Shown: positions 51,001 to 59,992 of the stretch, in pieces
Numbering within the stretch: the stretch's first letter is position 1
Layout: each line of letters opens with the position of its first letter
Origin: Planctomycetota bacterium
GTDB lineage: Bacteria > Planctomycetota > B15-G4
NCBI GenBank assembly: GCA_965248575.1
Contig: CBDFJQ010000002.1
Location: 320,001 to 384,000, forward strand
DNA length: 64,000 nucleotides
Direction of reading: 5' to 3'
Program-made: the position numbers and the translations under genes
The notes under the pieces: model-generated
Database searches by the model: none
Told to the model about the DNA's origin: nothing
Seen by the model: only the letters and a program-made list of their open reading frames with translations

Positions 51001-52029
51001 GTCGAGTCTGAAGTTGACGCGGTTGCAGCAGACAGCCCGCAAGTGGCCGCCGCTGAAGCCATCGCGCTGGCCCAGAGCCAGGTCGAGGAGGATGTCGACT
51101 GGGAGGCCGTGGAAGCCGAGATCGAAGAGCTCCGTGGTCGCTTGTCGCGCATGGGCAACGTAAACCTGGAGGCCGTGGAGGAGTTGGCTCAGGTGGAGGA
51201 GCGCCTGGCGTTCCTCGTGGGCCAGCGGGACGACTTGCTGCAGGCGCAGGTCTCCTTGGCAGACACGATCCAGAAGGTGAACAAGGAGTCGCGGGAGCGT
51301 TTCCAGAGCACCTTTGATGATGTGCGTGAGAACTTCCGGAGCATCTTCCGCAAGTTGTTCCGCGGTGGTCGCGCCGACATCTCCTTGGCCGAGGGTGTGG
51401 ACATCCTCGAGGCCGATATCGAGATCAACGCAGCACCTCCCGGCAAGGACTCCCGCACCATTACCCTGCTGTCCGGTGGTGAGCGCACCCTGACAGCGGT
51501 GGGCTTGCTGTTCGCCCTGTTCAAGACGCGGCCCGCACCCGTGTGCTTGCTCGACGAAGTGGATGCGGCGCTCGATGAGACGAACATCGACCGCTTCTGC
51601 ACCGTCTTGGAAGACTTCCTCGGGAAGAGTCAGTTCATCGTGGTGACGCACGCTCGTCGCACCATGAGCTATGCCGACACCGTGTTCGGCGTGACGATGC
51701 AGGAGCACGGCGTGTCGAAGGTGCTGGCTCTCACCTTGGAAGAGTTTGACGCCCAGAAGAAGAGCGGCGCGGCTACAGGCGTTGTCGGCACCGGCTCGGG
51801 CCCGGATCCCCTGGCGATTCCAGAGCAGATCCTTGAGGCCGAGGGCAACGATCTGGAGCCTCTCGAGCGGGGAGCGCAGAGCGAAAATGCGTCTCTCGGG
51901 GAGCGGACGTCTTCGCCTGCAGCCGGGATCACGAGCGATCGCGAAGAGCTGCGCGAGGCGGAGAAGCCTGCCCGGGACCGCCTCGGCGTCGAGCCATCCG
52001 TGACCGAGATCGACGCCAGCGCGAGCTGA
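48061..52029 (+). CDS. smc: Chromosome segregation protein SMC
   Basis: GFKSFA, GPNGCGKSN, coiled coils, hinge, LSGGE and LLDEVDAALD. Confidence 0.97.
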   Translation: MRLTRIEIHGFKSFADRTNLDLPAGLTAIVGPNGCGKSNVIDAVKWALGEQKASALRGAEMLDVVFKGNGARGARNFAEVSLLFDNSDGVMRTEFAEVVITRRLFRSGESEYLINKRSVRLKDVRDLLMDTGLGTGAYSVMEQGRIDAVLSANAPERRRIFEEAAGISRYRARRREAESKLARTQQNLERLADIVEELERRERSLKQQAGRARAYLAARDRIQLLKSRFYVYQYKTLGEQLTLQDTAVNESAESEAEARKDVDAARAEVALLQSRLSELRGHVDQAAEAFRKASGEVEALSERQTSIRERAAEAEERQALLEARFAGLERALAERKLEADEASARFDAVAMEVAGCQAEVDVTHASFLATESALGEARTAEEQRRREARARVESLSRLRNERSQKESQRAALVASRERLDTQLQELAEKKAVLSSAQGELFSGARDLEQTLAVAQQRVDQLRERREGLATELADRDGTLARRREDLAGKDSHRKALDDLIDRREGVAPGAISLLDADLPGVEGMLVDQLRAPAELAEAVEAALGASTQAVMVQGRESGLAALAHLNRLQGGRVLLVPRDGLRAREGAAVGRRLVDCIQVPLEENRGVFEALLGHVRLLESRDELLRCTPDGTTVWVTAEGDLLDERGVLKGGKAGEEGGLIARQAERDSLSEECAIMRVDIEALGVQRTAVAHELGGVEETLVSSQAHARKVHAEQERALEREKQSAARQHAVHRELAFRTGDRRGVQLKFDEAESQLSALVTREQEQETQASSDKEQETLAEERLRARQTDVQAQQEALSGARLELSKRQERREALEAEQRHILRAVEERTKDLSDVRAESEQLSGRREHLITEQAALEERSIALSHARDERAGELQKAREASTEIGNEQSASQERVTEAEGVLEGRASVLSTRRLEAQETRIRRDELRRQVLEELEVDLEVQPLLSAGTPADADAETEETEREGEGEQTALVVAADPAVESEVDAVAADSPQVAAAEAIALAQSQVEEDVDWEAVEAEIEELRGRLSRMGNVNLEAVEELAQVEERLAFLVGQRDDLLQAQVSLADTIQKVNKESRERFQSTFDDVRENFRSIFRKLFRGGRADISLAEGVDILEADIEINAAPPGKDSRTITLLSGGERTLTAVGLLFALFKTRPAPVCLLDEVDAALDETNIDRFCTVLEDFLGKSQFIVVTHARRTMSYADTVFGVTMQEHGVSKVLALTLEEFDAQKKSGAATGVVGTGSGPDPLAIPEQILEAEGNDLEPLERGAQSENASLGERTSSPAAGITSDREELREAEKPARDRLGVEPSVTEIDASAS

Positions 52030-52376
52030 GCACGCTCGGTTTTCGAACGAGCGAGGTGCACTGAGGTCTGCCCAAGGTCGAACTTGGGCCGAGGGCCTCG
52101 ACTTGGCCTCGGCGCTCGCTCAACTTCACCTAAAGGTGAGGAGGTTCTGAGGGCCAGCGCGTCGGAGCAGCCAGATAGTGGCGGGCCAGGAGGTAACTAT
52201 CTGGGGAAAAGGGGAAGAAGGGGAGAAGAGAGATAGATGCCTGATGAGGCATCCCCCTGGTCCCGCCGACAACTAGGATATCATCCGAAATCGGCAGAGC
52301 AACTGAACGGTCTTGTCACCCAGAGTAAAGTCTGGGCTGCAGGGCGAGGCGCACAGACAAGGGATCAAAGAGCGGC

Positions 52377-53354
52377 ATGGCGCGAGACCAGGCTGCCTGG
52401 CTCAACAGAGTCGAGGCTTCGTGTGTGGCGGGATTGGTTGGCGCGATGCGTGTCCTGCCCGCGTGGTCGTGTCATGCAGCCTTGGGCGGCTTGTCCCGAC
52501 TGGGCTATCTGCTCATGCGCTCACGCCGGGAACATGCCGTGCAGCTCGTCTGTGAACGCCTTGGTCTGAGTGAGCCCGAGGCTCGTCACGTCGTGAAAGG
52601 GGCTTTCCGAACCCTCGCCCTGAACGTCGGAGAGTCGATCCTGCTGAAGAGGGCCCTGAGCAAGGGGCGCTTGGAGGATCACTTGATCTTCGAGGGCGCA
52701 GAGCACTTGGAACAGGCCTTCGAACGAAAGGGAGGAGTCCTGATCGCCACCGCCCACCTGGGCGCTTGGGAGATCACAGGCGAACTCCTGGCGAGGCGCT
52801 TCCGCCCCGTGTGGGCTGTGGGCAGAACCATGGACAACCCTCACCTGGACAGGCTGGTGAAGGAGCTTCGAGATTCGGCACTGGCTGGGACCTTGGCCAA
52901 GGAGGGCAGCGGCCGGAGCATGGCGCGACTCTTCAAGAAGGGAGAGTCCGTGGTCCTGTTGCTGGACCAGAACGCTGGGCGGCAGGGGTTGATGATGGAT
53001 TTCCTGGGCAGCCCGGCCATGCAGCATCGGGTGGCTGGGGTCATGGCACGGCGCTTCGATGTGGCCGTGGTGCCCTTGTACATCCTGCGTGAGCCCGGGC
53101 GGCTGAAGTTCCGCATGGTGCTCGAACCCCCGATCCTGGCCCAGAGCGAGCTGCCGGAGGACGAGGCCATCCAGGACGTGGTTCAAAGGGTGTCGGACTC
53201 GCTGGAGGCTCGCATCCGCAAGAGCCCTGAGCAGTGGCTCTGGTTGCACGACCGCTGGCGCAAGGCCCGCTGGCTCCTGCGGCGGGAGCAGCGCCAAGCG
53301 GAACGCTCAAAGGCCATCACTCCCGTCGCCGCAGAGGGTACAAACGGAAGCTGA
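52377..53354 (+). CDS. Lipid A biosynthesis acyltransferase (LpxL/HtrB family)
   Basis: HLGAWE (Hx4E), LLDQ and PEQWLWLHDRW. Confidence 0.9.
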   Translation: MARDQAAWLNRVEASCVAGLVGAMRVLPAWSCHAALGGLSRLGYLLMRSRREHAVQLVCERLGLSEPEARHVVKGAFRTLALNVGESILLKRALSKGRLEDHLIFEGAEHLEQAFERKGGVLIATAHLGAWEITGELLARRFRPVWAVGRTMDNPHLDRLVKELRDSALAGTLAKEGSGRSMARLFKKGESVVLLLDQNAGRQGLMMDFLGSPAMQHRVAGVMARRFDVAVVPLYILREPGRLKFRMVLEPPILAQSELPEDEAIQDVVQRVSDSLEARIRKSPEQWLWLHDRWRKARWLLRREQRQAERSKAITPVAAEGTNGS

Positions 53355-53402
53355 TCGCTCGCCCTTCCATGAGACCGGCATGTCGACGATGCCGGCCAAT
53401 CC

Positions 53403-54347
53403 ATGAAACCCAAGCCCCTCGATTTCTCCCGCATCACCACGAGCTCGGTGGTTGACCGGGCTCACAAGGTAGACACCGCGATGTTCGCCCGGCCGGTCGA
53501 ACCCCAGCCCGGCGTGCCGGATGTGTTCGACAGTTTCCCGGATGTCCTTGGAGCGAAGCACATTCGGCGTTTGGCCGAGAACATCGTGACGGCGCATCGG
53601 AACCAGCGCCCGGTGGTGCTGGGTTTCGGTGGGCATGTGGTCAAGACGGGCCTGTCCCCGCTCATCATCGACCTCATGGAGCGAGGAATCGTGACGGCCC
53701 TGGCGACCAATGGCTCCGGGGCCATTCATGATTACGAGATCTCCGCGGTCGGACACTCTTCCGAGGATGTCGGCGCCGGTCTCGACGACGGGTCCTGGGG
53801 CATGGTGGGAGAGACGGCCAAAGCGCTGAACGAGACGGCCTCGCGTGCGGCTGAAGAGGGTCTCGGGCTGGGAGAGGCCATGGGCCGCCTGATCCGCGAG
53901 CAGGACCTGCCCAACGCATCCCTCAGCCTGTTGGCGGCGGCGCATCGCCTGGACCTCCCGCTGACGGTTCATGTGGCACTCGGCACGGACACGGTGCACA
54001 TGCACGACAATGCTGACGGGGCGGCCATCGGACGGGCCTCCATGACGGACTTCCGTCAATTGGCCAGCGTCGTGGCGGGGCTCTCCGGCGGGGTTTACGT
54101 GAACCTGGGCTCAGCGGTGATCCTGCCCGAGGTCTTTGTGAAGGCCCTGAACGTCGCAAGGAACCTGGGTGAGAAGGTCGATGGATTCACGACGGCCAAC
54201 TTGGACATGCTGCGCCACTATCGCCCGCGGGTGAACGTGCTGCAGCGACCAGCTGGCGAAGCCATCGAAATCACAGGTCATCACGAGATCAACCTGCCCT
54301 TGCTGCGCTGGGCGGTGTTGCGTGGATTGCAGGAGTCCCGTTCATGA
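53403..54347 (+). CDS. Conserved hypothetical protein, deoxyhypusine-synthase-like fold
   Basis: GGHVVKTGL, ATNGSGAIHD.E, GLGEA.G, HVALGTD, GSAVILPEVF.KAL and GHHE. Confidence 0.75.
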   Translation: MKPKPLDFSRITTSSVVDRAHKVDTAMFARPVEPQPGVPDVFDSFPDVLGAKHIRRLAENIVTAHRNQRPVVLGFGGHVVKTGLSPLIIDLMERGIVTALATNGSGAIHDYEISAVGHSSEDVGAGLDDGSWGMVGETAKALNETASRAAEEGLGLGEAMGRLIREQDLPNASLSLLAAAHRLDLPLTVHVALGTDTVHMHDNADGAAIGRASMTDFRQLASVVAGLSGGVYVNLGSAVILPEVFVKALNVARNLGEKVDGFTTANLDMLRHYRPRVNVLQRPAGEAIEITGHHEINLPLLRWAVLRGLQESRS

Positions 54348-55804
54348 GTCGCGCCCTGACATCCTTGCTCCGGACGGAGCGGGCACCTCGCATTCTCATC
54401 GTCGGGGACATGATCGTGGACCGTTACCAGTACGGGACCACGAGCCGGATCTCGCCTGAGGCGCCGATCGTGGTGCTGGCTGCAGAGCGGGACGAGCACA
54501 AGCTTGGCGGTAGCGGCAACGTGGCTGCGAACCTGGCTGCCCTGGGCGCAGAGACCCGGGTCGTGAGCGTGGTCGGCAACGACTACGGCGGTGGCATCAT
54601 CAAGCGCTTGCTCGCTGAAGCGGGTTGTTCTGACTCCGGTCTGGTGGTGGATGAGAATCGGCCGACCACGCGCAAAACGCGACTCGTCTCGCAGAACCAG
54701 CAGCTGCTCCGGATCGATGAGGAGGTCGTCGGGGCTCCGAGCGCTGACATCGAGCAGCTCCTGCTGGACCGCATCGAGGCGGAGTCCAAAGATATCGACA
54801 TCGTCGTGGTCTCCGACTACGGCAAAGGGGTCCTGACCGAGAAGGTGCTGGACCGACTGTGTCGGGCACCCAATCGGCCGCGTGTGCTCGTGGACCCCAA
54901 GGGCAACGACTACACCCGTTACCGAGGTGCCAGCCTGCTGACTCCCAACAAGGTGGAAGCGGAAACGGCCACGGGCATGAAGCTCAACAGCACCGAAGAG
55001 ATTCGCGAAGCGGCTAAACGCCTGGCTGAACAGTCGGACCTCGAGTCGGTCATCATCACCCTGGGTGCGCAGGGCATGTACTGCCGCATGGCCGCCACGG
55101 GCAGCGACTGGTCCATCCCGGCCCGCGCGCGCTCCGTGTACGACGTGACAGGTGCGGGGGACACGGTCATCTCCGTGCTGGCCTTCAGCCTCGCCGTGGG
55201 TGCGGATCTGGAACAAGCCATGCGCATGGCTACGGTCGCTGCGGGTCTGACGGTGCAGCGCTTCGGCGTGGCTGCCATCACGAGGCAAGACCTGGAAGAT
55301 GCCTTGCTGGAGTCGTCCCGCCAGTCCGACAAGGTGGTCGGGCGTGAGGAATTGCTGGAGCGGCTGGCTCATGAGCGTGGCCAGGGACGCCGCATCGTGT
55401 TCACCAACGGCTGCTTCGACGTGCTGCACGTGGGCCACCTCGGGTATTTGCAGGAGGCGGCCAGTTACGGGGACGTGCTCGTGCTGGGCGTCAACTCCGA
55501 TGCCAGTGTGCGCCGCCTGAAAGGCGAGTCGCGCCCCGTGAACAAGCATGCGGACCGCATGGCCCTGCTCGCAGGGCTTGAGTGCATCTCATTGATCACC
55601 GGCTTCGAGCAGGACACTCCCCTCGAGCTGATCGAAACGGTCAGCCCTGATGTCCTGGTGAAGGGCGAAGACTGGGCGGACAAGGGTGTCGTCGGGCGTG
55701 AGTGGGTGGAGAGTCACGGCGGGCATGTGGTGCTCGCGAACCTCCACGAGGGCTACTCCAGCACGCGGACCCTGCAAAAGATGGGACGGGAGGATCCGAC
55801 CTGA
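54344..55804 (+). CDS. hldE: Bifunctional heptose-7-phosphate kinase / heptose-1-phosphate adenylyltransferase
   Basis: RISPEAP, SDYGKG, DVTGAGDT, FTNGCFDVLHVGH and LVKGED. Confidence 0.96.
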   Translation: MSRALTSLLRTERAPRILIVGDMIVDRYQYGTTSRISPEAPIVVLAAERDEHKLGGSGNVAANLAALGAETRVVSVVGNDYGGGIIKRLLAEAGCSDSGLVVDENRPTTRKTRLVSQNQQLLRIDEEVVGAPSADIEQLLLDRIEAESKDIDIVVVSDYGKGVLTEKVLDRLCRAPNRPRVLVDPKGNDYTRYRGASLLTPNKVEAETATGMKLNSTEEIREAAKRLAEQSDLESVIITLGAQGMYCRMAATGSDWSIPARARSVYDVTGAGDTVISVLAFSLAVGADLEQAMRMATVAAGLTVQRFGVAAITRQDLEDALLESSRQSDKVVGREELLERLAHERGQGRRIVFTNGCFDVLHVGHLGYLQEAASYGDVLVLGVNSDASVRRLKGESRPVNKHADRMALLAGLECISLITGFEQDTPLELIETVSPDVLVKGEDWADKGVVGREWVESHGGHVVLANLHEGYSSTRTLQKMGREDPT

Positions 55805-56889
55805 GTCGGCGCAGCCCGCTCCTGGAGCGTTTTGCGGACGAGCCTCCCCGTCGCGTGTTGGTGCGCCTGCCCAACTGGATCGGGGATATCGTCATGGCCA
55901 CGCCGGCACTGGCGGCGCTGCGTGCCCACTGGCCACAGGCTTCGCTGGCCGTCGCCGGCCCTGGCCACGCCAAACCCCTGCTTGCCGGGTCTGGTCTGCA
56001 TGACTCGCTGATCGAACTCCCAAGGCGGAAGGTCGTCGGCCTGGCCGGCTTGGCGGCGTCAGTCCGGATGCTCCGGAAGGGGCAGCACGATCTCGCGATC
56101 CTGCTCACCAACAGCTTTTCGACAGCACTCGTGGCGGCGCGAGCTGGTATCCCGGATCGAGTTGGCTACGGCGGTGGGGGGCGCGGCTGGTTGCTGACGC
56201 ACTCGCTGCCCCGTGGCCGTGAGGCGGGCTACCACAGCCTTCCGGTGCCCATGGTCGAAGACTACTTCAGGGTGCTGGAGGCCGTGGGCGTGCCGCGCGG
56301 ATCGCATCGCACCGTCCTGGGGGTCACCGACGAAGACGATCGGGAGGCCCAGGAGTGGTTGGCCCAGGTCGGTCTCGAGGGTGAGGCGCCGCTCTTCGGC
56401 ATCCATCCTGGTTCATCCTTCGGTCCGAGCAAGCTCTGGTATCCCGAGAAGTTTGCGGCGGTGGCGGACGCCTTGGTCGAGCGGCGTGGCGGCAAGGTGG
56501 TGGTGTTCTGTGGCCCCGCGGAACGAGGGCTCGCACGGACCATCGCCGGTTCTGTCGCAGGGGCGGCCACGGGCCATGTGGTCACGGCTGCAGATGTGCC
56601 CCTGGCCTTGGGGCCGCTCAAGGCTGTGGTCCGGCGCTTGGAGTTGCTCGTGACCACGGACACGGGCCCGCGTCATTTCGGCCCGGCATTCGATGTTCCG
56701 ACCGTGGTGGTGATGGGCTCAACGGACCCACGCTTCACGAACACGAACCTCGCTCGATCCCTGGTGGTGCGCTCCGGTGTGGACTGCAGCCCATGCCAGC
56801 GCAAGGTCTGTCCCATCGATCACCGCTGCATGACGCGCTTGGAGCCGTTGCACGTGATGGCCGCTGTCGAGCGCCTCCTTTCCGGCTGA
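55801..56889 (+). CDS. waaF: LPS heptosyltransferase II (GT9)
   Basis: PNWIGD, HPGSSFGPSKLW, DTGPRH and C-terminal CSPC...CP..H.CM. Start uncertain (CTG 55801 or GTG 55855). Confidence 0.9.
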   Translation: MSRRSPLLERFADEPPRRVLVRLPNWIGDIVMATPALAALRAHWPQASLAVAGPGHAKPLLAGSGLHDSLIELPRRKVVGLAGLAASVRMLRKGQHDLAILLTNSFSTALVAARAGIPDRVGYGGGGRGWLLTHSLPRGREAGYHSLPVPMVEDYFRVLEAVGVPRGSHRTVLGVTDEDDREAQEWLAQVGLEGEAPLFGIHPGSSFGPSKLWYPEKFAAVADALVERRGGKVVVFCGPAERGLARTIAGSVAGAATGHVVTAADVPLALGPLKAVVRRLELLVTTDTGPRHFGPAFDVPTVVVMGSTDPRFTNTNLARSLVVRSGVDCSPCQRKVCPIDHRCMTRLEPLHVMAAVERLLSG

Positions 56890-56989
56890 AGGTCAGCAGA
56901 GAGCCCGTTGGGATCCAGCCGGGTGCCACGGATGACGGTGAGGGAATCACCCGTCTCCGCTCGCAGCCGGTGGCACCCAGACCACATGC

Positions 56990-58192
56990 ATGGCATCTTC
57001 GTCCGCCATGACCGATGCCCAAACTTCTCAGCGGCCCGTGGTGGATCTCACGATGCACCCCAGCCCACACCCCTTCGTCCGTCGTGGCCTTGTGCGCAGT
57101 CGCCTGGCCGGGCTTCCACCCACCGACCTGGTGACCGTGCGCGCACCGGGCGGTGAGATCCTCGGTGACGCGTTCTGGAATTCCCAGTCGGACATTTCCC
57201 TGCGCAGGCTGACCACGGGAGATGTGCGCTTCGACCGGGAGTTCCTTGCGGCGGCTGTGGACCGTGCCGTCAACCTGCGGGAGGGGATCCCCGGGCTGAC
57301 CGAGAACTCGGAGGCGTGGCGTGTCGTGCACTCCGAAGGTGATGAGCTCACGGGCCTGGTCGTGGATCGCTATCGGGACGTGCTCGTACTCGAGTTGTTC
57401 AGCGCGGGTTGGCTGTCCTGGTTGGATGAGCTGCTCCCCATTCTCCATGAACGCTTGGGGACGGAGCACCACCACGTGTCCATGGGAGAACGCATCGCGC
57501 GTCTGGAAGGCGTGAAGCGCGTTTCTACGCGCTCGCGTGGCTGTCCCAAGAGCCTGCGCGTCCGGGAGCACGGCGTGCGCTGGCAGATCGATCTGGTGAA
57601 GGGGCACAAGACGGGTTTCTTCTGTGACCAGAGAGAGCATCGCAAGGAGGTCGCGGCGTACGCGGAAGGCGGCGATCTGCTGGATGTGTGCTGCTACACC
57701 GGCGGCTTTGCGGTGACGTCCGCAGTGCTTGCAAAGCCCGCCAGCGTGACAGCTGTCGACCTGGATGAAACGGCGCTTGAAACCGCGAAGACCAACGCGA
57801 ATCTCAACCAGGCACGCGTTGGTTTCGTACACGCCGACGCCTTCGACTGGATGCGGCAGATCGGCCAGGGAGATCGCCGCTTCGACGTAGTCGTCGTGGA
57901 CCCGCCCAAGTTCATTCCAACCCGGAAGGACGTCGAGAAGGGTCACGGCAAGTACCACGACATCAACCGCCTGGCGGTCAAGCTCGTGAAGCCCGGTGGT
58001 TTGCTGGTGACCTGTTCCTGTTCGGGGCTGCTCAGCCGCGAGACCTTCACGGACCTGGTGCGCACGGCGATCCGCAAGGAGAGGCGGCAGGCGCGGGTGA
58101 TTCGTTTCAGCGGAGCGGCACCCGATCACCCCGTGTTGCTGGAGTGCCCCGAAACCGACTACCTGAAGACACTCTGGATGCGCGTGTGGTGA
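56990..58192 (+). CDS. RlmI-like class I SAM-dependent rRNA methyltransferase
   Basis: HSEGD.L.GL.VDRY, GHKTGFFCDQR, YTGGF, VDPPKF, TCSCS and PET.YLK. Confidence 0.92.
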   Translation: MASSSAMTDAQTSQRPVVDLTMHPSPHPFVRRGLVRSRLAGLPPTDLVTVRAPGGEILGDAFWNSQSDISLRRLTTGDVRFDREFLAAAVDRAVNLREGIPGLTENSEAWRVVHSEGDELTGLVVDRYRDVLVLELFSAGWLSWLDELLPILHERLGTEHHHVSMGERIARLEGVKRVSTRSRGCPKSLRVREHGVRWQIDLVKGHKTGFFCDQREHRKEVAAYAEGGDLLDVCCYTGGFAVTSAVLAKPASVTAVDLDETALETAKTNANLNQARVGFVHADAFDWMRQIGQGDRRFDVVVVDPPKFIPTRKDVEKGHGKYHDINRLAVKLVKPGGLLVTCSCSGLLSRETFTDLVRTAIRKERRQARVIRFSGAAPDHPVLLECPETDYLKTLWMRVW

Positions 58193-59139
58193 ACCCGTCC
58201 GAGGTCGAATCAGGGCCCGTGCTCGTGGTCCATGGCGGCGCGGGCCGCCTGTCGTCGGAGCAGGATCGCGCGGCCTATCAGGAGGGTGTGATGGGAGCCC
58301 TGACCGCAGGGGCCAAGCACCTGGGGCAGAGCGCAGCCGACGCGGCCTGTGCCGCCGTGGCCTGGTTGGAGAGCGAGTCCATCACGAATGCCGGGCGAGG
58401 CGCCGCCTTGGCTGCGGACGGCAGCGCGATCCTCGACGCTGGTTTCATGGACGGCAGTTCACGGCGTTATGGCGGTGTCACGGGGGTTCGTCGTTGCATG
58501 CATCCCGTTGATCTGGCTCGCCGGCTTGCCGAGGAAGGGGACTACGGTCGCTTGGTCGCAGCCCCAGACAGTGATGGGTTGACCGAAGAACTCTCGGTGC
58601 CTGGATGTGCGCCAGAGGATCTCGTGACCGAGCGGGCTCGTGGGCTCTACGAGCAACGCTCCGAGCAGGAACGGCCGTCCGATGCCGGGCCCTGGTTGGA
58701 CACGGTCGGCGCCGTGGCCTTGGATGCCAACGGGGGGCTGGCGGCGGCGGTCTCTACCGGAGGCATGAGCCATAAGCGCCCCGGCCGCATCGGTGACTCG
58801 CCGGTGGTGGGGGGCGGCTACTGGGCGGACGATCGACAGGCGGCCTGTGTCACCACGGGTGTTGGCGAAGTGCTGATGCGGGAGGGGACGGCGCGCCGCT
58901 GCGTCCAGCTGTACGCTGACTCAACGGGCCAGGGCGATCCACAGGCTGCAGCCGTCGCTGCGGCAGCCACTGCCTTGCACGAGCTGTCCGACTACGAGGG
59001 CGATCAGCGGGGCAACTCCGGTCTAATCCTGGTGACGGCCCAAGGTGTTGTCGTGCTCGACCACAACAGTCATGAGATGTCCGGCGGTTGGATCCGCCCG
59101 GGTGGCGTGCCCGAGGTGGGCGCGTTCTGGAGGGCCTGA
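58189..59139 (+). CDS. Isoaspartyl peptidase / L-asparaginase (Ntn hydrolase)
   Basis: VHGGAG, NAGRG, DTVGAVA (autocleavage Thr), STGG, GRIGDSP and TG.GE. Confidence 0.93.
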   Translation: MNPSEVESGPVLVVHGGAGRLSSEQDRAAYQEGVMGALTAGAKHLGQSAADAACAAVAWLESESITNAGRGAALAADGSAILDAGFMDGSSRRYGGVTGVRRCMHPVDLARRLAEEGDYGRLVAAPDSDGLTEELSVPGCAPEDLVTERARGLYEQRSEQERPSDAGPWLDTVGAVALDANGGLAAAVSTGGMSHKRPGRIGDSPVVGGGYWADDRQAACVTTGVGEVLMREGTARRCVQLYADSTGQGDPQAAAVAAAATALHELSDYEGDQRGNSGLILVTAQGVVVLDHNSHEMSGGWIRPGGVPEVGAFWRA

Positions 59140-59143
59140 CAGC

Positions 59144-59992
59144 ATGTCGCAAACCGCAGGACCCAGCGCCAGCCGTGCGGATTTGAAGCAGCTTGCCGAC
59201 CTGCGCAAGCGTCGGGACCGACGGGCTTCGGGCCTGCTCCTGATCGAAGGGCCGACGCTCTTCGGCGAAGCCATGGATGCCGGCTTGAAGCCTCAGTTGG
59301 TGGCGGTCACCAGCGCGGCCCTCGAGGGCACGCCCCGGGTGCGGGAGTGGGTGCGGGCTGCGCGCGCAGCAGATGCCCGGGTTGTGGATCTTCCGGAGCA
59401 CCAGCTGAGCAAGGTGTCGGACACCCAGCACGGCACCGGGCTCGTCGCAGCGATCGAGTCACCGTCGCCCTGGGATGGGGCGTCGCTGCCGCAGACAGAC
59501 GCCCTTGTGCCGGTTTTGTGGGGGCTGCAGGACCCGGGGAATGTGGGCACCCTGATCCGGTCGGCTCGCGCCTTCGGGGCGAGCGCCTGCCTGCTGGCGA
59601 AGGGCAGCGCGGATCCGACGGGTCCCAAGGCCCTGCGGGCCTCTGCGGGAGCAGCGCTGCACCTTCCGCTGGGATCGATCGAGAATCTGGCTGAGCTTCA
59701 GGACCTGGCCGCCGCATCGCAGCTGGAGGTGGTCTTGGCCACGGCGCCCCCTCCCGGCGATCCCTCCCAATCGCTGCGTTCTCCTCCGCTGCCACCGAGC
59801 TGCCTGTTGGTGATGGGGCATGAGACCCGCGGAGTGCCTGAGCTGGCGAGCGCTCGTAAGGTGCACGTGGCCCAGACGACTGAGGTGGAGAGCCTGAACG
59901 TCGGCGTCGCGGGTTCGATCCTCATGGCAGGCTGGTTCGCCAGCCGGCCCGCCGGCTGGGGCGCCGGGCAGAAGAGTGACACCCATGACTGA
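59144..59992 (+). CDS. TrmH/SpoU-family RNA methyltransferase
   Basis: QDPGNVGTLIRSA, GHETRGV and ESLNV. Confidence 0.93.
   Translation: MSQTAGPSASRADLKQLADLRKRRDRRASGLLLIEGPTLFGEAMDAGLKPQLVAVTSAALEGTPRVREWVRAARAADARVVDLPEHQLSKVSDTQHGTGLVAAIESPSPWDGASLPQTDALVPVLWGLQDPGNVGTLIRSARAFGASACLLAKGSADPTGPKALRASAGAALHLPLGSIENLAELQDLAAASQLEVVLATAPPPGDPSQSLRSPPLPPSCLLVMGHETRGVPELASARKVHVAQTTEVESLNVGVAGSILMAGWFASRPAGWGAGQKSDTHD

Noticed and set aside
49363..51708. 781-aa minus-strand ORF and similar long shadows (9320-11188, 33460-35139, 37673-39253)
   Set aside because: Each lies opposite a well-supported gene in high-GC DNA, where stop codons are rare, and none has a recognisable domain.
52030..52376. 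RNase P RNA, tmRNA or oriC in the smc-acyltransferase gap
   Set aside because: It lacks the GAGGAAAGTCC motif, tRNA-like ends and DnaA boxes. Kept only as an unassigned structured region.
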